From Leucoraja erinacea (lineage: Eukaryota), in assembly GCF_028641065.1 (NCBI RefSeq), contig NC_073410.1, forward strand, positions 6,448,001 through 6,512,000: a stretch of 64,000 nucleotides of DNA, given 5' to 3'. Below are positions 1 through 11,604 of this stretch, in pieces. Position numbers and translations under genes: made by a program. The notes below the pieces were generated by a model. It ran no database searches, was not told the origin of the DNA, and was given only the letters and a program-made list of their open reading frames with translations. Within the stretch, counting starts at the first letter, position 1. Every line of letters begins with the position of its first letter.

Positions 1-85
1 AAACGTACAAACTCCACACAGACATCACCCGTGGCCAGGATTGAACTTGAGTCTCTGGCGCTGAAAGGCAGCAACTCTACCTCTG
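1..85 (-). mobile_element. tRNA-derived V-SINE (HE1-like) head fragment
   Basis: Similar to the copies at 2812 and 8545. Confidence 0.7.
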
Positions 86-614
86 AGTTCCTCCAGCATT
101 TTGTGTCTAACTTTGGTGTAAACCGACATCTCAGTTCCTCCCTACTCAAGAACTCTAAAATGGGAAAGGTTATGCCAAGGTTATCAGACTTCCTCTGCAG
201 CTGAAGTCATTAGTCATTTATTTGATCATGGGATTTAGATGCTGCTGGCAATGCTGCCATTTGTTTCCAGTTGGGGGCAGCTCAGTGTCAATGATATTGG
301 GCAGGTCTGGAGTCCTGTGTAGGACAAAACAAGTCAAGGATGATAGATTTTTCTACCTGTAGGAGATTAATGAACCTGATGAATTTTTATAACAAACTGG
401 AATTATCTTTTCTTTAGAACCCAGATTTATTTAATAACTTTCCTTTAATTTGGAGCACATCTATGAAATCTCATCATAACCATCGCAGCTCTTGGTAGAA
501 CAACCCCTCGTTCTGCACAATCCCCCAACTACAAGCTTTCTCCACAATTTCTTTGGCCAGGTTTGCTTGAGCATGAAAGTGATGAATCTGCCTGAGACTG
601 TTCTTGTATTTTAG

Positions 615-725
615 GTGAAAGGCGAGTTCGTATCTACACCTACTGCCTCCCGGTTGTTAGCTCCCCAGCTGATGTTTATGCAGGAGCCAATGTCGGCATT
701 ATTGTGGGCTTTCTTTCTAAGATGG
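615..725 (+). CDS. SEC24A/B-like COPII coat subunit, internal exon (gene begins upstream of the window)
   Basis: ttttag|...ATGG|gtaag boundaries; translates GERRVRIYTYCLPVVSSPADVYAGANVGIIVGFLSKM, matching the SEC24A/B GERRIRVHTLCLPVV motif. Confidence 0.92.
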
Positions 726-1149
726 GTAAGACCATGAATTAACCATTTGGCATTAGAGGGTTAAACCATAATTATTGAATAGAAACATAGAAAGTAGGTG
801 CAGGAGTAGGCCATTCGGCCCTTCTAGCCAGCACCGCCATTCAACATGATCATGGCTGATCATCCAAAATCAGTACCCCGTTCCTGCATTCAGGCTCTCC
901 AGCATTTTGTGTCTATCTACGGTTTAAACCAGCGTCTGCTGTTCCTTCCAACACATATGATGTGGTGCAGGTACAATGATAATCTGGCTTGTAGCAGCAT
1001 CAGCACAGGCACATATATGCAGAAAACACACTGACATGAATTATGCTTATGCATAAATTGTACAATTAAAAGAAAAAGACTGCTGAAACAACACAGCAGT
1101 GCAAAAACACAATTAGAAAATGAGTCCATGGTAGTGGAAAAGGTGGTCC

Positions 1150-1420
1150 GTAGTACTCCATTGTTGAGATGTTATTAGGGTTGTGCAGGTCGTTCAAGAA
1201 ACTGATGGTTGTAGGAAAGTAGCTGTCCCTGAATTTGGTGGCTTTGGACTTGGACTTCTGTATATACTGCACGTTGCTAGCAGCAAGAAGAGGGCATTGC
1301 CCAGATAATGAGGTTCCTTGATGACAGATGCCACCTTCACCAGGCAGCGCCTCATACAGATGCTGTCAATTGTCCCCGTGATTGTGTGGGACTGGGCTGA
1401 GTACACCCGAGTCTCATGCA
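1150..1420 (-). mobile_element. Rex1/Babar-type non-LTR retrotransposon 3' fragment
   Basis: Minus-strand peptides RRCLVKVASVIKEPHYLGNALF and KFRDSYFP, typical of this ORF end. Confidence 0.65.
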
Positions 1421-2076
1421 TTTGAACTACCATAGCACCCGAGGTCAGGATCGTGCCCGGGTCTCTGGCCCTGTGAGGTAGCCTGATGTACAAAGATCCC
1501 ACAGGGTATATGAGGAGATATTGTACAGATAGCTGAGCATAGGCAAAAATATTTCACATTCATAATAATACTTTATTAGCCAAATATGTTTTGCAACATA
1601 TGAGGAATTTCATTTGCCATTCAGCCATACCAATAAAAACACACAATTTTAATAATAATAATAAGTTTATTTATATAGCACATTTATAGTCAATTTTCAT
1701 TGACCCCAAAGTGCTTTACATAATTTAAAAATCAGTTCCATACAAAGCATAAAGATGGGTTAACAAAATAATAAAATGCATCAACAGGACACAACATGTA
1801 ACATAACATCCACCACAGCATTCATCACTGTGGTGTAAGGCACAAAAAATGTTAACATGAACATCCACCACAGTGGTTAATATTACTTTTGGTTCAAGGT
1901 TAATATTACTTACCTGTAACTGATATGTAAAGATATATTTTTAATATTAAACTTTTTATTATTGAAGTTGAAAACATTAAAAAATGCATTTTCCAGGGAG
2001 ATTACCAGCAATCTGTGGGTTAGTAAAATTGTTTTGTGTCTGTCTTTACAAGATCTCTCTGTGTGTTTTTCTGCAG

Positions 2077-2252
2077 CAGTGGATCGCTCAGTGAGGCAGT
2101 CGCTCTCTAGCAGCCGGGATGAGCTGATTAAGATGTTGACTGACGTTCTTGTTGCTTATCGCACGTCAGCACGCAGCCCACAGCACGCCACACTCCCCAT
2201 CCCCAACACCCTGCTGCAGCTTCCACTCTACGTCCTGGCCCTCCTGAAGCAG
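2077..2252 (+). CDS. SEC24A/B-like exon (helical domain)
   Basis: ctgcag|...CAG|gtgaga; AVDRSVRQSLSSSRDELIKMLTDVLVAYR...LPLYVLALLKQ; phase continues from the previous exon. Confidence 0.93.
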
Positions 2253-2811
2253 GTGAGAGCCACAGAATACGGAGAAGACTGTTCAGCATTAAATTAGATG
2301 ACATCTATCTTGCCTCAACAGGGAGAACATGCAAACTCCACACATGCAGCACCCATTGAACCCAGGTCTCTGAAACTGTAAGGTGGTGGCTCCACCACTA
2401 CACCACTGTATAGCCCAATTGTGCCACGGTGTTGCCCTTTTGTAAAGGATTTATTGAGCATTTACTGTGCAAAATCTCTGAGAAACATATACTAGAATCT
2501 AATGACATTTGGCAATATTTGTTTTATTGTGGTAATAATTTTGGTTTGAGTTTGTTCGAAAATTTTTATTTTATTTTAACTTTTAATTTAACGTTGCCCT
2601 TTCATAAACGCTAGGCTGTGTTTCTAAATTGAAGCCATGACACCTCTCACAATACCAGGGAGGATAGTGGTGCACATTCCTCTCTGACATGAAGGACACT
2701 AAGGGATTGTTTGAAATTAAAGGGTGAAATGGTCAAGTAATTAGTCCCACAATGTCTGCTCCTTCCACAACCCTTGTTATTGTAGATTATGCCCTCTGAT
2801 CCTTGGACTTT

Positions 2812-3094
2812 AGACGTCAGAGATACAGCGTGGAAACATGCCGCTCAGTCCATGCCGACCTGCGATCATCCCGCACACTGGCACTACCCGACACATCAGG
2901 GACAATTTTACAATTAATATACAAACCTGTACGTCTTTGTAGTGTGGGAGGAAACCGGAGCACCTGGAGAAAACTCACATGGTCACGGGGAGAATGTACA
3001 ATCTCTGCACAGACAGCACCCATAGTCAGGATTGAACCTGGGTCTCTGGCGCTGTAAGGCAGTAACTCTACCGCGGCGCCACTGTGCCGCCCCC
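2812..3094 (-). mobile_element. V-SINE (HE1-like), near full length
   Basis: tRNA-like head GGCGGCACAGTGGCG...GGTTCAATCC and V-domain GGTTTCCTCCCACA on the minus strand; multiple copies in the window. Confidence 0.8.
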
Positions 3095-4466
3095 TATAAT
3101 GAGAAAATAAATAGTAGTCCGTTACCATACTATGAGATGTTACAAATTTTAACAGACCTCCACGCTGTTAATGTGGAAATTCTGAAACAGAGTCTATCCC
3201 CAGACAAAACAATTTTTCTTTAGATTTTGACATGATTAGGGTTAATAAACAGGCCATCCAGGACGATGGTCGAGGGCAGCCTCTGGCAGTTCATCACGCA
3301 AGAACCAGATACTTTAAACCAACTGATAAGAGCACACTGAGATATGCTTTCAATATCAGATAACAAATCAGATCTGTGTGAGATCTGAGCATTCCTCCGT
3401 CTTTCGTGCAACAGTGTTGCTTTTCAACTCTGACCTGATGAATTCCGCAAGTACGTCTTGCAGATAATTGAACACTCTGAGCCGAGAATATTCCCAGATC
3501 TCCAGCCCTGTCCCAGCTCGATATTTAGTTCAGAATTTCCATACAACATGGAAACAGGCACTTACATCCACCAAGTCCACACCAACCACTGATCACCCAT
3601 TCACATTGAAAAAGACACAAAGTGTTGGAATAACTGAGTTACTCCAGAACTTTTTGTATATTTTTCAGTAAACCAGCTTCTGCAGTTCTTTGTTCCTACT
3701 CATTCACATTAGTTCCATATTATCCCACTTTTACATCAACTCCCTACACATTAAAGGCTCTTGACTCAACTCTTCCCTGTCTCAACACTGGATGGCCAAC
3801 TTCCAGAGGCTAATTAACATGCAAACTCTGCACAGTCAACACCCAAAATCAGGATTGATCCCAGGTCACTGACGTACGTTAGAGGCTCTACCGCTGCACC
3901 ACTGAATTTCCCAACTGCACCACTGTGTCGACCTTTTGTGAAGGATTTAATTAACATTTACTGTGCAAAATCTCTGAGAAACATATTCTAGAATCTAATG
4001 ACATTTGGCCATATTTGAATGGTTGTAGCAATCATTTTGGTTTTAGTTTGGACCACACAATTTAAATTTAAACTTTTAATTTAACGTTGCCCTGTCAAAA
4101 ATGCTAGTTTGTGTTCTTAAATTGAAGTCACGACATCTCCCACAATATCTGGGAGGGTGGTGCAGGAAGGAACTGCAGATGCTGGTTTAAACCAAAGATA
4201 GGCTGAAGAAGAGTCTCGCCCTTGAACGTCACCCATTCCTTCTCTCCAGAGATGCTGCCTGTTCTGCTGAGTTACTCCAGCATTTTGTGTCTATCTTTAG
4301 GGAGGGTGCTGGTGGACATTCCTCTCTGTCATCGAGGATACTAAGGGATTTATTTAAGATATAGCATTGGGCATGAAGTAGATAATTTTCCAAGTCTTCT
4401 TGTAAAGATATGCATCCTAACCTTTCTCTTACTGATTTTTAAAATGCATTATGTTTTGCCCTCCAG

Positions 4467-4619
4467 CCTGCCTTCCACACGGGTCTTACAATGACTCTGG
4501 ATGAACGGATCTTCAGGATGTCTCAGTTGATGGAGCAGCCTCTGAGTTTTGTGTTGCAGATGGTTTACCCAGATCTGTATCGCATCGATGATTACCTCAA
4601 TGGCGAGACTGTTGACAAT
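4467..4619 (+). CDS. SEC24A/B-like exon
   Basis: ctccag|...AAT|gtgagt; 153 nt, phase 0; PAFHTGLTMTLDERIFRMSQLMEQPLSFVLQMVYPDLYRIDDYLNGETVDN (LDER and PxLYRID motifs). Confidence 0.92.
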
Positions 4620-4676
4620 GTGAGTGTTGTGGTTACACTGTAAATGGGCTCTTCCTTCAATCAAGCCATGTATACT

Positions 4677-5110
4677 CAGAGAGAGACAGACAGACAGAGA
4701 GAGGGAGAGACACAGAGAGAGACAAAGAGAGAAACACAGAGAGAAAGACACAGAGAGAGACTGAGTGACAGACAAACAGACTGAGAGACAGAGAGAGACA
4801 GACTCAGACAGAGAGAGACAGACAGAGAGAGGCAGAGAGAGAGAGACAGAGAGAGAGACTGAGTGACNNNNNNNNNNNNNNNNNNNNNNNNNNNNNNNNN
4901 NNNNNNNNNNNNNNNNNNNNNNNNNNNNNNNNNNNNNNNNNNNNNNNNNNNNNNNNNNNNNNNNNNNNNNNNNNNNNNNNNNNNNNNNNNNNNNNNNNNN
5001 NNNNNNNNNGAGAGCAAGAGAGAGAGAGGGAGAGACAAAGAGCGAGGGAGAAACAGAGAGAGAGAGAGAGATACAGAGAGACACTGAGGGAGACCGACTG
5101 AGAGAGAGAG
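4677..5110. repeat. (GA)n/(GACA)n compound microsatellite containing an assembly gap (N 4868-5009)
   Basis: Seen directly in sequence. Confidence 0.97.
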
Positions 5111-5177
5111 ATTGGTCGTGGTAGTGAGTTTAGCGAACAGGGCATCAAACTGTTTTTATTTTTTTTCTTTCTAACAG

Positions 5178-5285
5178 CAGGGTTCTGTGGAAACAGACAC
5201 CAGGCCAGTAAAGAGGCCGGCCTTGATACCGCTGTCTGCAGAAGGTCTTACACTGGCAGGGGCATTCCTAATGGACTGTGGTAAT
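5178..5285 (+). CDS. SEC24A/B-like exon (start of gelsolin-like domain)
   Basis: Polypyrimidine tract plus tandem CAGCAG acceptor (start 5178 or 5181); QGSVETDTRPVKRPALIPLSAEGLTLAGAFLMDCGN|gtaagt. Confidence 0.9.
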
Positions 5286-5539
5286 GTAAGTGTAAATGCC
5301 ACATGGAAACAGTTCAAGAGCATGGGAAGGGAACCTACAGACGTGTAGCCTCTTTACCAGTCCCAGACACCTTCCTGTCATGGCCACCTATAAAAGTCAA
5401 TGGTTTTGTGGAGGTAACATGCAGCAAACAACTCCAGGCATCAAGCACGTGTGAAGAGAGAAACTTGCCCCATTGCCTGTTAGAAAGGTGAAGATGTTCC
5501 TGACAGGGAATACCAGTCCTGAGATGCGACCCAAATGGG

Positions 5540-6090
5540 TTTAAATTGGAACTATTAAGATTCTTTCATATTATGACCATCACCGTCTAGGCCATTCAAT
5601 CCATCGTCCACTCCGCCTTTCAATCATGGCTAATCTACCTCCCAGATCCCATCCTCTTCTCCTTATAACCTCTGACTAATCAAGAATCTATCTATCTCTG
5701 CCTTAACTATATCCACTGACTTTTCCTCCACAGCCTCTGTGGGAAAGAATTCCACAGATTCACCACTCCCTGACTAAAGAAATTCCTCGCCATCTCCTTC
5801 CTAAAAGAACGTCCTAGTTCTAGACTCCCCCATGAGTGGAAACATCCTCTCCACATCCACTCTTCCCAAGACTTTCACTATTTTTAACATTTCGATGAAG
5901 TCCCCTCTTATTCTTCTTAACTCCAGCGAATATAGGCCCAGTGCCAACAAACGCTCATTATAGGTTAACCCACTCATTCCTGGGATCATTCTGGTAAACC
6001 TACTCTGGGCCCTCTCCAAGACCAGCACGTCCTTCCTCAGATATGGGGCCCAAACTTGCTCACAATATTCCAAATGTGGCCTGACCGGCG
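5540..6090 (-). mobile_element. CR1/HER1-like LINE 3' fragment
   Basis: EYCEQVWAPYLRKDVLVLERAQSRFTRMIPG...LGLYSLE. Confidence 0.9.
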
Positions 6091-6629
6091 CCTGAAAGAG
6101 CCTCTGGTGTCTGGTTTCTCTGCACCTGGGAGTTTGGGAACCAGGTGGTTTCTGGTGGATTGATGTTTGGGGAGTGCGTGGCTGAGCTCTGGGGTCTGGG
6201 TGACTGAGGATTGGGTCTGTGTGATCAACAGTTGGGGACGAAGTGATCGGCTGATGATTGGGTCAGGGTCAAGAGTGGCTGATGGTTGAGGTCTGGGTGA
6301 CAGGATTGGATCTGGGTGAACAATAGTTGGGGGACGGGGTGACTGGGGGACAGTTGGGTGGGGTACTGAGTTAGCAAGGGTTGGGGTCTAGGTGACTGAG
6401 AGATGACACCACAAGTGTTGCCCACATATACCTCTCTCAAACCCCATGTTCAAAAGGCACTGCCACCTACCTAAAGGAATATATTAACTGAAATCATGAT
6501 TGGCTTACTACACATTTTTATAGCTGTTTTTTTATAATCAGGAATACACTTATGTTCTGGGCTTGCGAGCACATAGGGCTCCCATTCCCTATACATCAAC
6601 ACCACCCAGTGTTGAGACAGGGAAGAGTT

Positions 6630-7090
6630 GAGTCAAGAGTGTTTAATGTTCATACGCTCCAGTAATAGAACTATGAAATGTTTATTTGCTGCAGCTTCAC
6701 CGGCTCATTAATGCAAAGACGCAATGAATAAAGATACAATAAAACAACAATACAATAAACTATCAAATAGAATAGGTAACCAGACTATAATAGTGCCCGC
6801 TGAAGTACATTGTGCAACCTATTAGAAAGTCCATAGTAGTTAGTTGCTGAGTTAGCGCAGTGCAGTTTAGTTCATGAACCTGATCGTAGATGGGAAGAAG
6901 CTGTTCTTGAACCTGGAGGTCCGATACCTTCTTACCGATTGTAGCAGCAAGCAGAGATTGTGGCCAGTGTGGTGTGGGTCTTTGATGATATTAGCTGCCT
7001 TCTTGAGGCAGTGAATCCTGAAGATCTCTTCTGTAGCGGGGAGGTCAATGCTCATGATGGACTGGGCAGTGCCCACCACTTTATACAACT
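6630..7090 (-). mobile_element. Rex1/Babar-type 3' fragment with tail
   Basis: HCLKKAANIIKDPHHTGH...RRYRTSRFKNSFFP; tail acactcttgact shared with the copy ending near 31735. Confidence 0.7.
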
Positions 7091-7290
7091 TCCTTCCAGT
7101 TATTGAACCAGGCCATGATGCAACCAGTCAGTATGTTCTCCACCGATGGAGTCTAGCAGTTTTGGATGAAAGGTGCTGCTGAGCACTGCTGGATAGCTCA
7201 TATATCATGTATTCTAAAGCGAATGTGTTTTGTTGACCACTGGGACCATACAATAATTGTGTGACCAGGATTGTGGGCTGTGTTCCGCAG

Positions 7291-7383
7291 GCTCTGTATC
7301 TCTGGGTCGGCAGACATTGCAACACTAATTTCCTCATTGACGTACTGGGTGTGACCAGTTATACCTCGCTACCAGCCACTGTG
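7291..7383 (+). CDS. SEC24A/B-like exon (gelsolin-like domain)
   Basis: ccgcag|ALYLWVGRHCNTNFLIDVLGVTSYTSLPATV|gtaagt; 93 nt. Confidence 0.92.
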
Positions 7384-7489
7384 GTAAGTCCTGTGTCTGT
7401 GTTGCCACTCCCTTTACTTCTGACCAGGTTATTAAACAGTTCAACCCTCATTATATAAAAAGGATAATAAACATGGGAGAAACTGCAAG

Positions 7490-7830
7490 AATCGTGAGAG
7501 GACGAGATCGGGTAGATGCACTGAATCTCTTGCCCAGAGTAGGGGAATCGATGATCAGAGGACATAGGTTCAAGGTGAAGGGGAAAAGATTTAATAGGAA
7601 TCTGAGGGGTAACTTTTTCACACAAAGGGTGGTGGGTGTATGGAACAAGCTGCCAGAGGAGGTAGTTGAGGCTGGGACTATCCCAACGTTTAAGAAACAG
7701 TTATTCAATTACATGGATAGGACAGGTTTGGAGGGATATGGACCAAGTGCAGGCAGGTGGGAGCTGGGACATATTGGCCGGTATGGGCAAGTTGGGCCGA
7801 AGGGCCTGTTTCCACACTCTATGACTCTAA
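7490..7830 (+). mobile_element. CR1/HER1-like LINE 3' end
   Basis: RGHRFKVKGKRFNRNLRGNFFTQRVVGVWNKLP; near-identical to copies at 12530, 45780 and 60700. Confidence 0.9.
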
Positions 7831-8117
7831 TAATCTACGTCCAGCAGGGGAAATAAAATCTTTCAGGAAAGACTGAACAGAGGGGGCCCTTTTCTTCAAT
7901 GTCGGAAAAACTGATGTAATCTGATGGAGGACTTTAAAGTTGTGAATGGATTTGTTAGGTCGATGCAGGTGGTTGTTTCCACGTGAAGGGAAAACTAAAA
8001 CCAAGGGGCAAAATTATAAACAGGATTAGGGATTGGGATCTTGGGATAGATTTTGTCTGGGCAAACATGAGGAAATGCCAAACAAATGTCAACGTCAATA
8101 CCTTTGCTGTGTTTCAG

Positions 8118-8221
8118 ACTTTGCTGCCCATTTTGGAAAGTCCAGCTTCTAAACAAACCCATGCGCTGCTGGAATCTTTAAGGAAGGAGAGAATTTACTA
8201 TGCACCGTGCTTTATCATTAA
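8118..8221 (+). CDS. SEC24A/B-like penultimate exon
   Basis: tttcag|TLLPILESPASKQTHALLESLRKERIYYAPCFII(K)|gtgagt; 104 nt, ends phase 2. Confidence 0.9.
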
Positions 8222-8544
8222 GTGAGTACAAGGTTTCTTATAATCTCATTTAAACTCTTTGGACTTTATGTCTCATAGACACTATTGGCGCTGACATTTA
8301 AACTGATTGATGTACAGTATTGGTGAATTGGTCAAGCATCAAAACAGGGAAATGTGCACCCATGTCGTCAGATTTGTCCCCATATTAAAGGGCCATTTGC
8401 ATCATTAGATGTCTCTAGCTTTGAGAAGTGGAGCTGAGAATGTGCAACAGTTGCCATCACAGCCATCCCGTCATTCCAAATTTGAATATCTATATTTGAA
8501 TAGTCCAAACGCACACATAGGCAAAGCAACCGGTTTGGTTTACT

Positions 8545-8820
8545 TTAGAGATACAGCGTGGAAACATGCCCTTTGACCCACCGAGTCTGCGCAAATCAAC
8601 CATCATTCTCTTTTCTATGGACAATTTACAGAAGCCAATTAACCTACAAACCTGCACGTCTTTGGAATGTGGGAGGAAACCGGAGTTCCCCGGAGAAAAC
8701 CCACGCGGTCACAGGGAGAACGTGCAAACTCCGGGGAGTCTGCACCCGCAGTCAGGATCAAACCCAGGTCTGTGGCGCTGTAAGGCAGCAACTCTACTGC
8801 TGCGCTACTGTGCCACCCCA
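8545..8820 (-). mobile_element. V-SINE (HE1-like)
   Basis: Same family as 2812-3094. Confidence 0.8.
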
Positions 8821-9843
8821 ATGACACATTCCCGCAATCGTCCAAATTATAGGGCTGTAAAATATGGCGTCGGATGAGATATGAAGCTAATTTACAGGAA
8901 TTTGTTACTTGAATCTCTCTATGAGGAGATTGATTGATTGAGTTCGTCCTGCAGCCCATAGATTTTAGTCTTATGATTATGTAGCTGAATACCTCTGCTC
9001 AGAATACACTTTAAATGCTTCCACTAAAAGACATCTGGGAGCAATTCCTGGCAATGTTTTAAAGTTCACTCACTGTGGGTGAGAGTGAGCAACCTGCAGT
9101 AACTGAAGGTTCAGTGCTGCCCAGTGGCAAATCTAGAGTACTCATAGCCAGTCTGTGTCCAGCCCTTCACACCATTCGGGGCTTTAGTATAAGATTGTCC
9201 CCAATATATTCGGTACAGATATACTCTTACATTGATTGATTGAGACAAAAAAGTATGGAAGAATAACTTGGATAACTGAGCAAGCACGGAAAATGTTTAG
9301 TGCAGGAAGGAACTGCAGGTGCTGGTTTACACCGAAGATAGACACAAAATGCTGGAGCAACTCAGCGGGACAGGCAGCATCTTTGGAGAGAAGGAATGGG
9401 AAAAGGTTTACTAAGGACAAACTACTTCTAATGGTTGGAGTATAGGGACCAAAGGTCACAGATTTGTGATGAATGGTAAAAGAAGCAAAGAGGAGATGAG
9501 AATTTTCTTTTACTTGGTAAATGGCCGTGCCCTCCTCACGTGCTGAAAGCAGATGTCATTGCAAAGTTTAAGAATAAGTTTAAGGTAATGTAGGAAAAGA
9601 GCATGAGATTGGCCGCCCCGAACTCTGTCACAGCATCAGCAGAAGCACAAATAAGCCGAAGTTCAACAAACCATGCACGTCTACGGTGATTTTAACATCA
9701 AAATACCTGTTGCCTCCTGTACTGTAAGTGATAATACTGTCCGCTTCACTCTGTGATGTTGATGACCAGATATTGGAGTGTTTGACAATTCAGGAATAGT
9801 TAAGTAATGCCATGGATTAATTCTGCTGGCCTTTCTTCGACAG

Positions 9844-9952
9844 GGATGACAGTACTTCACGGTCCATATTCATCCAGCATCTGATCAATGACCGCACTGA
9901 ATCAGCAATGTCCTACTATGAATTTCTGCTTCACCTGAAGGAGCAGGTATGA
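9844..9952 (+). CDS. SEC24A/B-like terminal coding exon
   Basis: cgacag|G DDSTSRSIFIQHLINDRTESAMSYYEFLLHLKEQV* (TGA 9950-9952); matches the SEC24A/B C-terminal DRTESxxSYYEFLLH motif. Confidence 0.93.
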
Positions 9953-10302
9953 AAGCAATCTCCTCAATGGCTCCAGAGATGACTGGTTCACCTCTGGCTG
10001 GCCGCTGAAGGCACAAAGACTCCTAAACTCTCATTTCTTTATATTTTTGTTTGAAGCTCGTGGATTATATTTTAATCATGGAGCCTTTGAAATGAAGTAG
10101 AAAACACTTTAAGTATATATGCAAGAAGTTTTTTTTCGGATTTGTGTATAAAACCTATTTAATCTTCAACTGAATGGAGAGCTAAGTGAATGAAGTAAGG
10201 ATGGCAGAAGATGTCAAGTATGGAACCCTCACCCTTACATGTGGAATATTTGCTGCTCGTGGAGTCTTATCAGGTTTCTTAGAAGTTAATTGTGGTTTAC
10301 TG

Positions 10303-10513
10303 AATAAATAGTTTGACTAAAACTCAGAGACTCTGCACTGGATTCTGTTATAAGCTTCGATGAAATAATCTGCTGTGAAGTAAACCCAGCCTGTAGAATC
10401 TGTTTGCTGTTTGTACTAAACTAGATGATGTGTTGCTTGCTGCAAATGAGATTGTTTCACGTCTGACATAACGGGTCTCCCAATCAATTTACTATCTAAC
10501 AAAATACAATAAA
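10303..10513 (+). terminator. Candidate polyadenylation signals of the SEC24-like gene
   Basis: AATAAA at 10303-10308 and 10508-10513 in an AT-rich, repeat-free stretch after the stop codon. Confidence 0.5.
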
Positions 10514-10794
10514 CCTGTCAATGGCAATAACCATACTGTACATAACCAAATGTTCCAGTATTTTGATATACAGAGACCCATTTAGTGCACAGTGTGTGGG
10601 AAGGAACTGCAGATGCTGGTTTACACCGAGGTAGACACAAAATGCTTGAGTACCTCAGCTGGACAGGCAGCATCTCTGGACAGAAAGAATTGGGTCATCG
10701 GAATAAAGCAGGAAGCTAGGAGAAACAGTGCCCAAAGACATAACTACACATTTCTCAGTGTTGAAACGTGCAGCACCCTTAACAGAGCACAGAC

Positions 10795-10960
10795 TAAACC
10801 TAACCTGTACGTCTTTGGAATGTTGGAGGAAACCAGAGCACCCAGAGAAATCCCACGTGGTCACAGCGAGAAGGTACAAGCTCCACACAGACAATACCCA
10901 TCGTCAGGATCGAACCTGGGTCTCTGACCCTGTAAGGCAGCAACTCTACTGCTGTGTTGT
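10795..10960 (-). mobile_element. V-SINE (HE1-like) fragment
   Basis: Same family as 2812-3094. Confidence 0.75.
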
Positions 10961-11393
10961 ATAACCTCATAATTCTCATGAGTTCTTAAGGTCTTACCTC
11001 AAAACGTCAATCATCCCTCTGCCTCCACGGATGCTGTCTGACTTGCTGAGCACTTCCAGCAATTTGTTTTTGATCTTCATGCAGATATTGTGATGATGCC
11101 GAACTGCTGCCTGTGTGTGGCACTGTAGCCTACATCTGCAGTGTGATTCTCCTGCTCTCATTCTAAAATTGGACAGCACAGAAACATGTCCCTTTCAGCT
11201 CACCTTAAGCATGCATACTGCGATGTCTATCCATGTCATATATATCCTTTTGCTCTTGTATTTTATTTCATCCACATGTTTAAACTATAACGTTTTATTA
11301 TTAATGTTTTAATGTTTTATTCTTAATGGTTTACTGTATGTCGTGTTGTTACTTGCGAACGGAGCACCAAGGCACATTCTTGTAAGTGTACAT

Positions 11394-11567
11394 NNNNNNN
11401 NNNNNNNNNNNNNNNNNNNNNNNNNNNNNNNNNNNNNNNNNNNNNNNNNNNNNNNNNNNNNNNNNNNNNNNNNNNNNNNNNNNNNNNNNNNNNNNNNNNN
11501 NNNNNNNNNNNNNNNNNNNNNNNNNNNNNNNNNNNNNNNNNNNNNNNNNNNNNNNNNNNNNNNNNNN
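11394..11567. other. Assembly gap (N run)
   Basis: Run of n characters. Confidence 0.99.
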
Positions 11568-11604
11568 ACATTAGACATGTGTCCCCCAATGTCTTTCCAA
11601 TGAA

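Noticed and set aside
1805-1845. Hairpin CACCACAG-cattcatca-CTGTGGTG, repeated near 47180
   Set aside because: Part of a dispersed repeat tail, probably a LINE 3' stem-loop, not a unique ncRNA.
2812-3094. tRNA gene suggested by A/B-box-like motifs
   Set aside because: tRNA-derived SINE head followed by V-domain and LINE-like tail; no complete cloverleaf seen.
4449-5148. Long ORFs rich in Ser/Leu or Glu/Arg
   Set aside because: Translations of the GA microsatellite and N gap; not genes.
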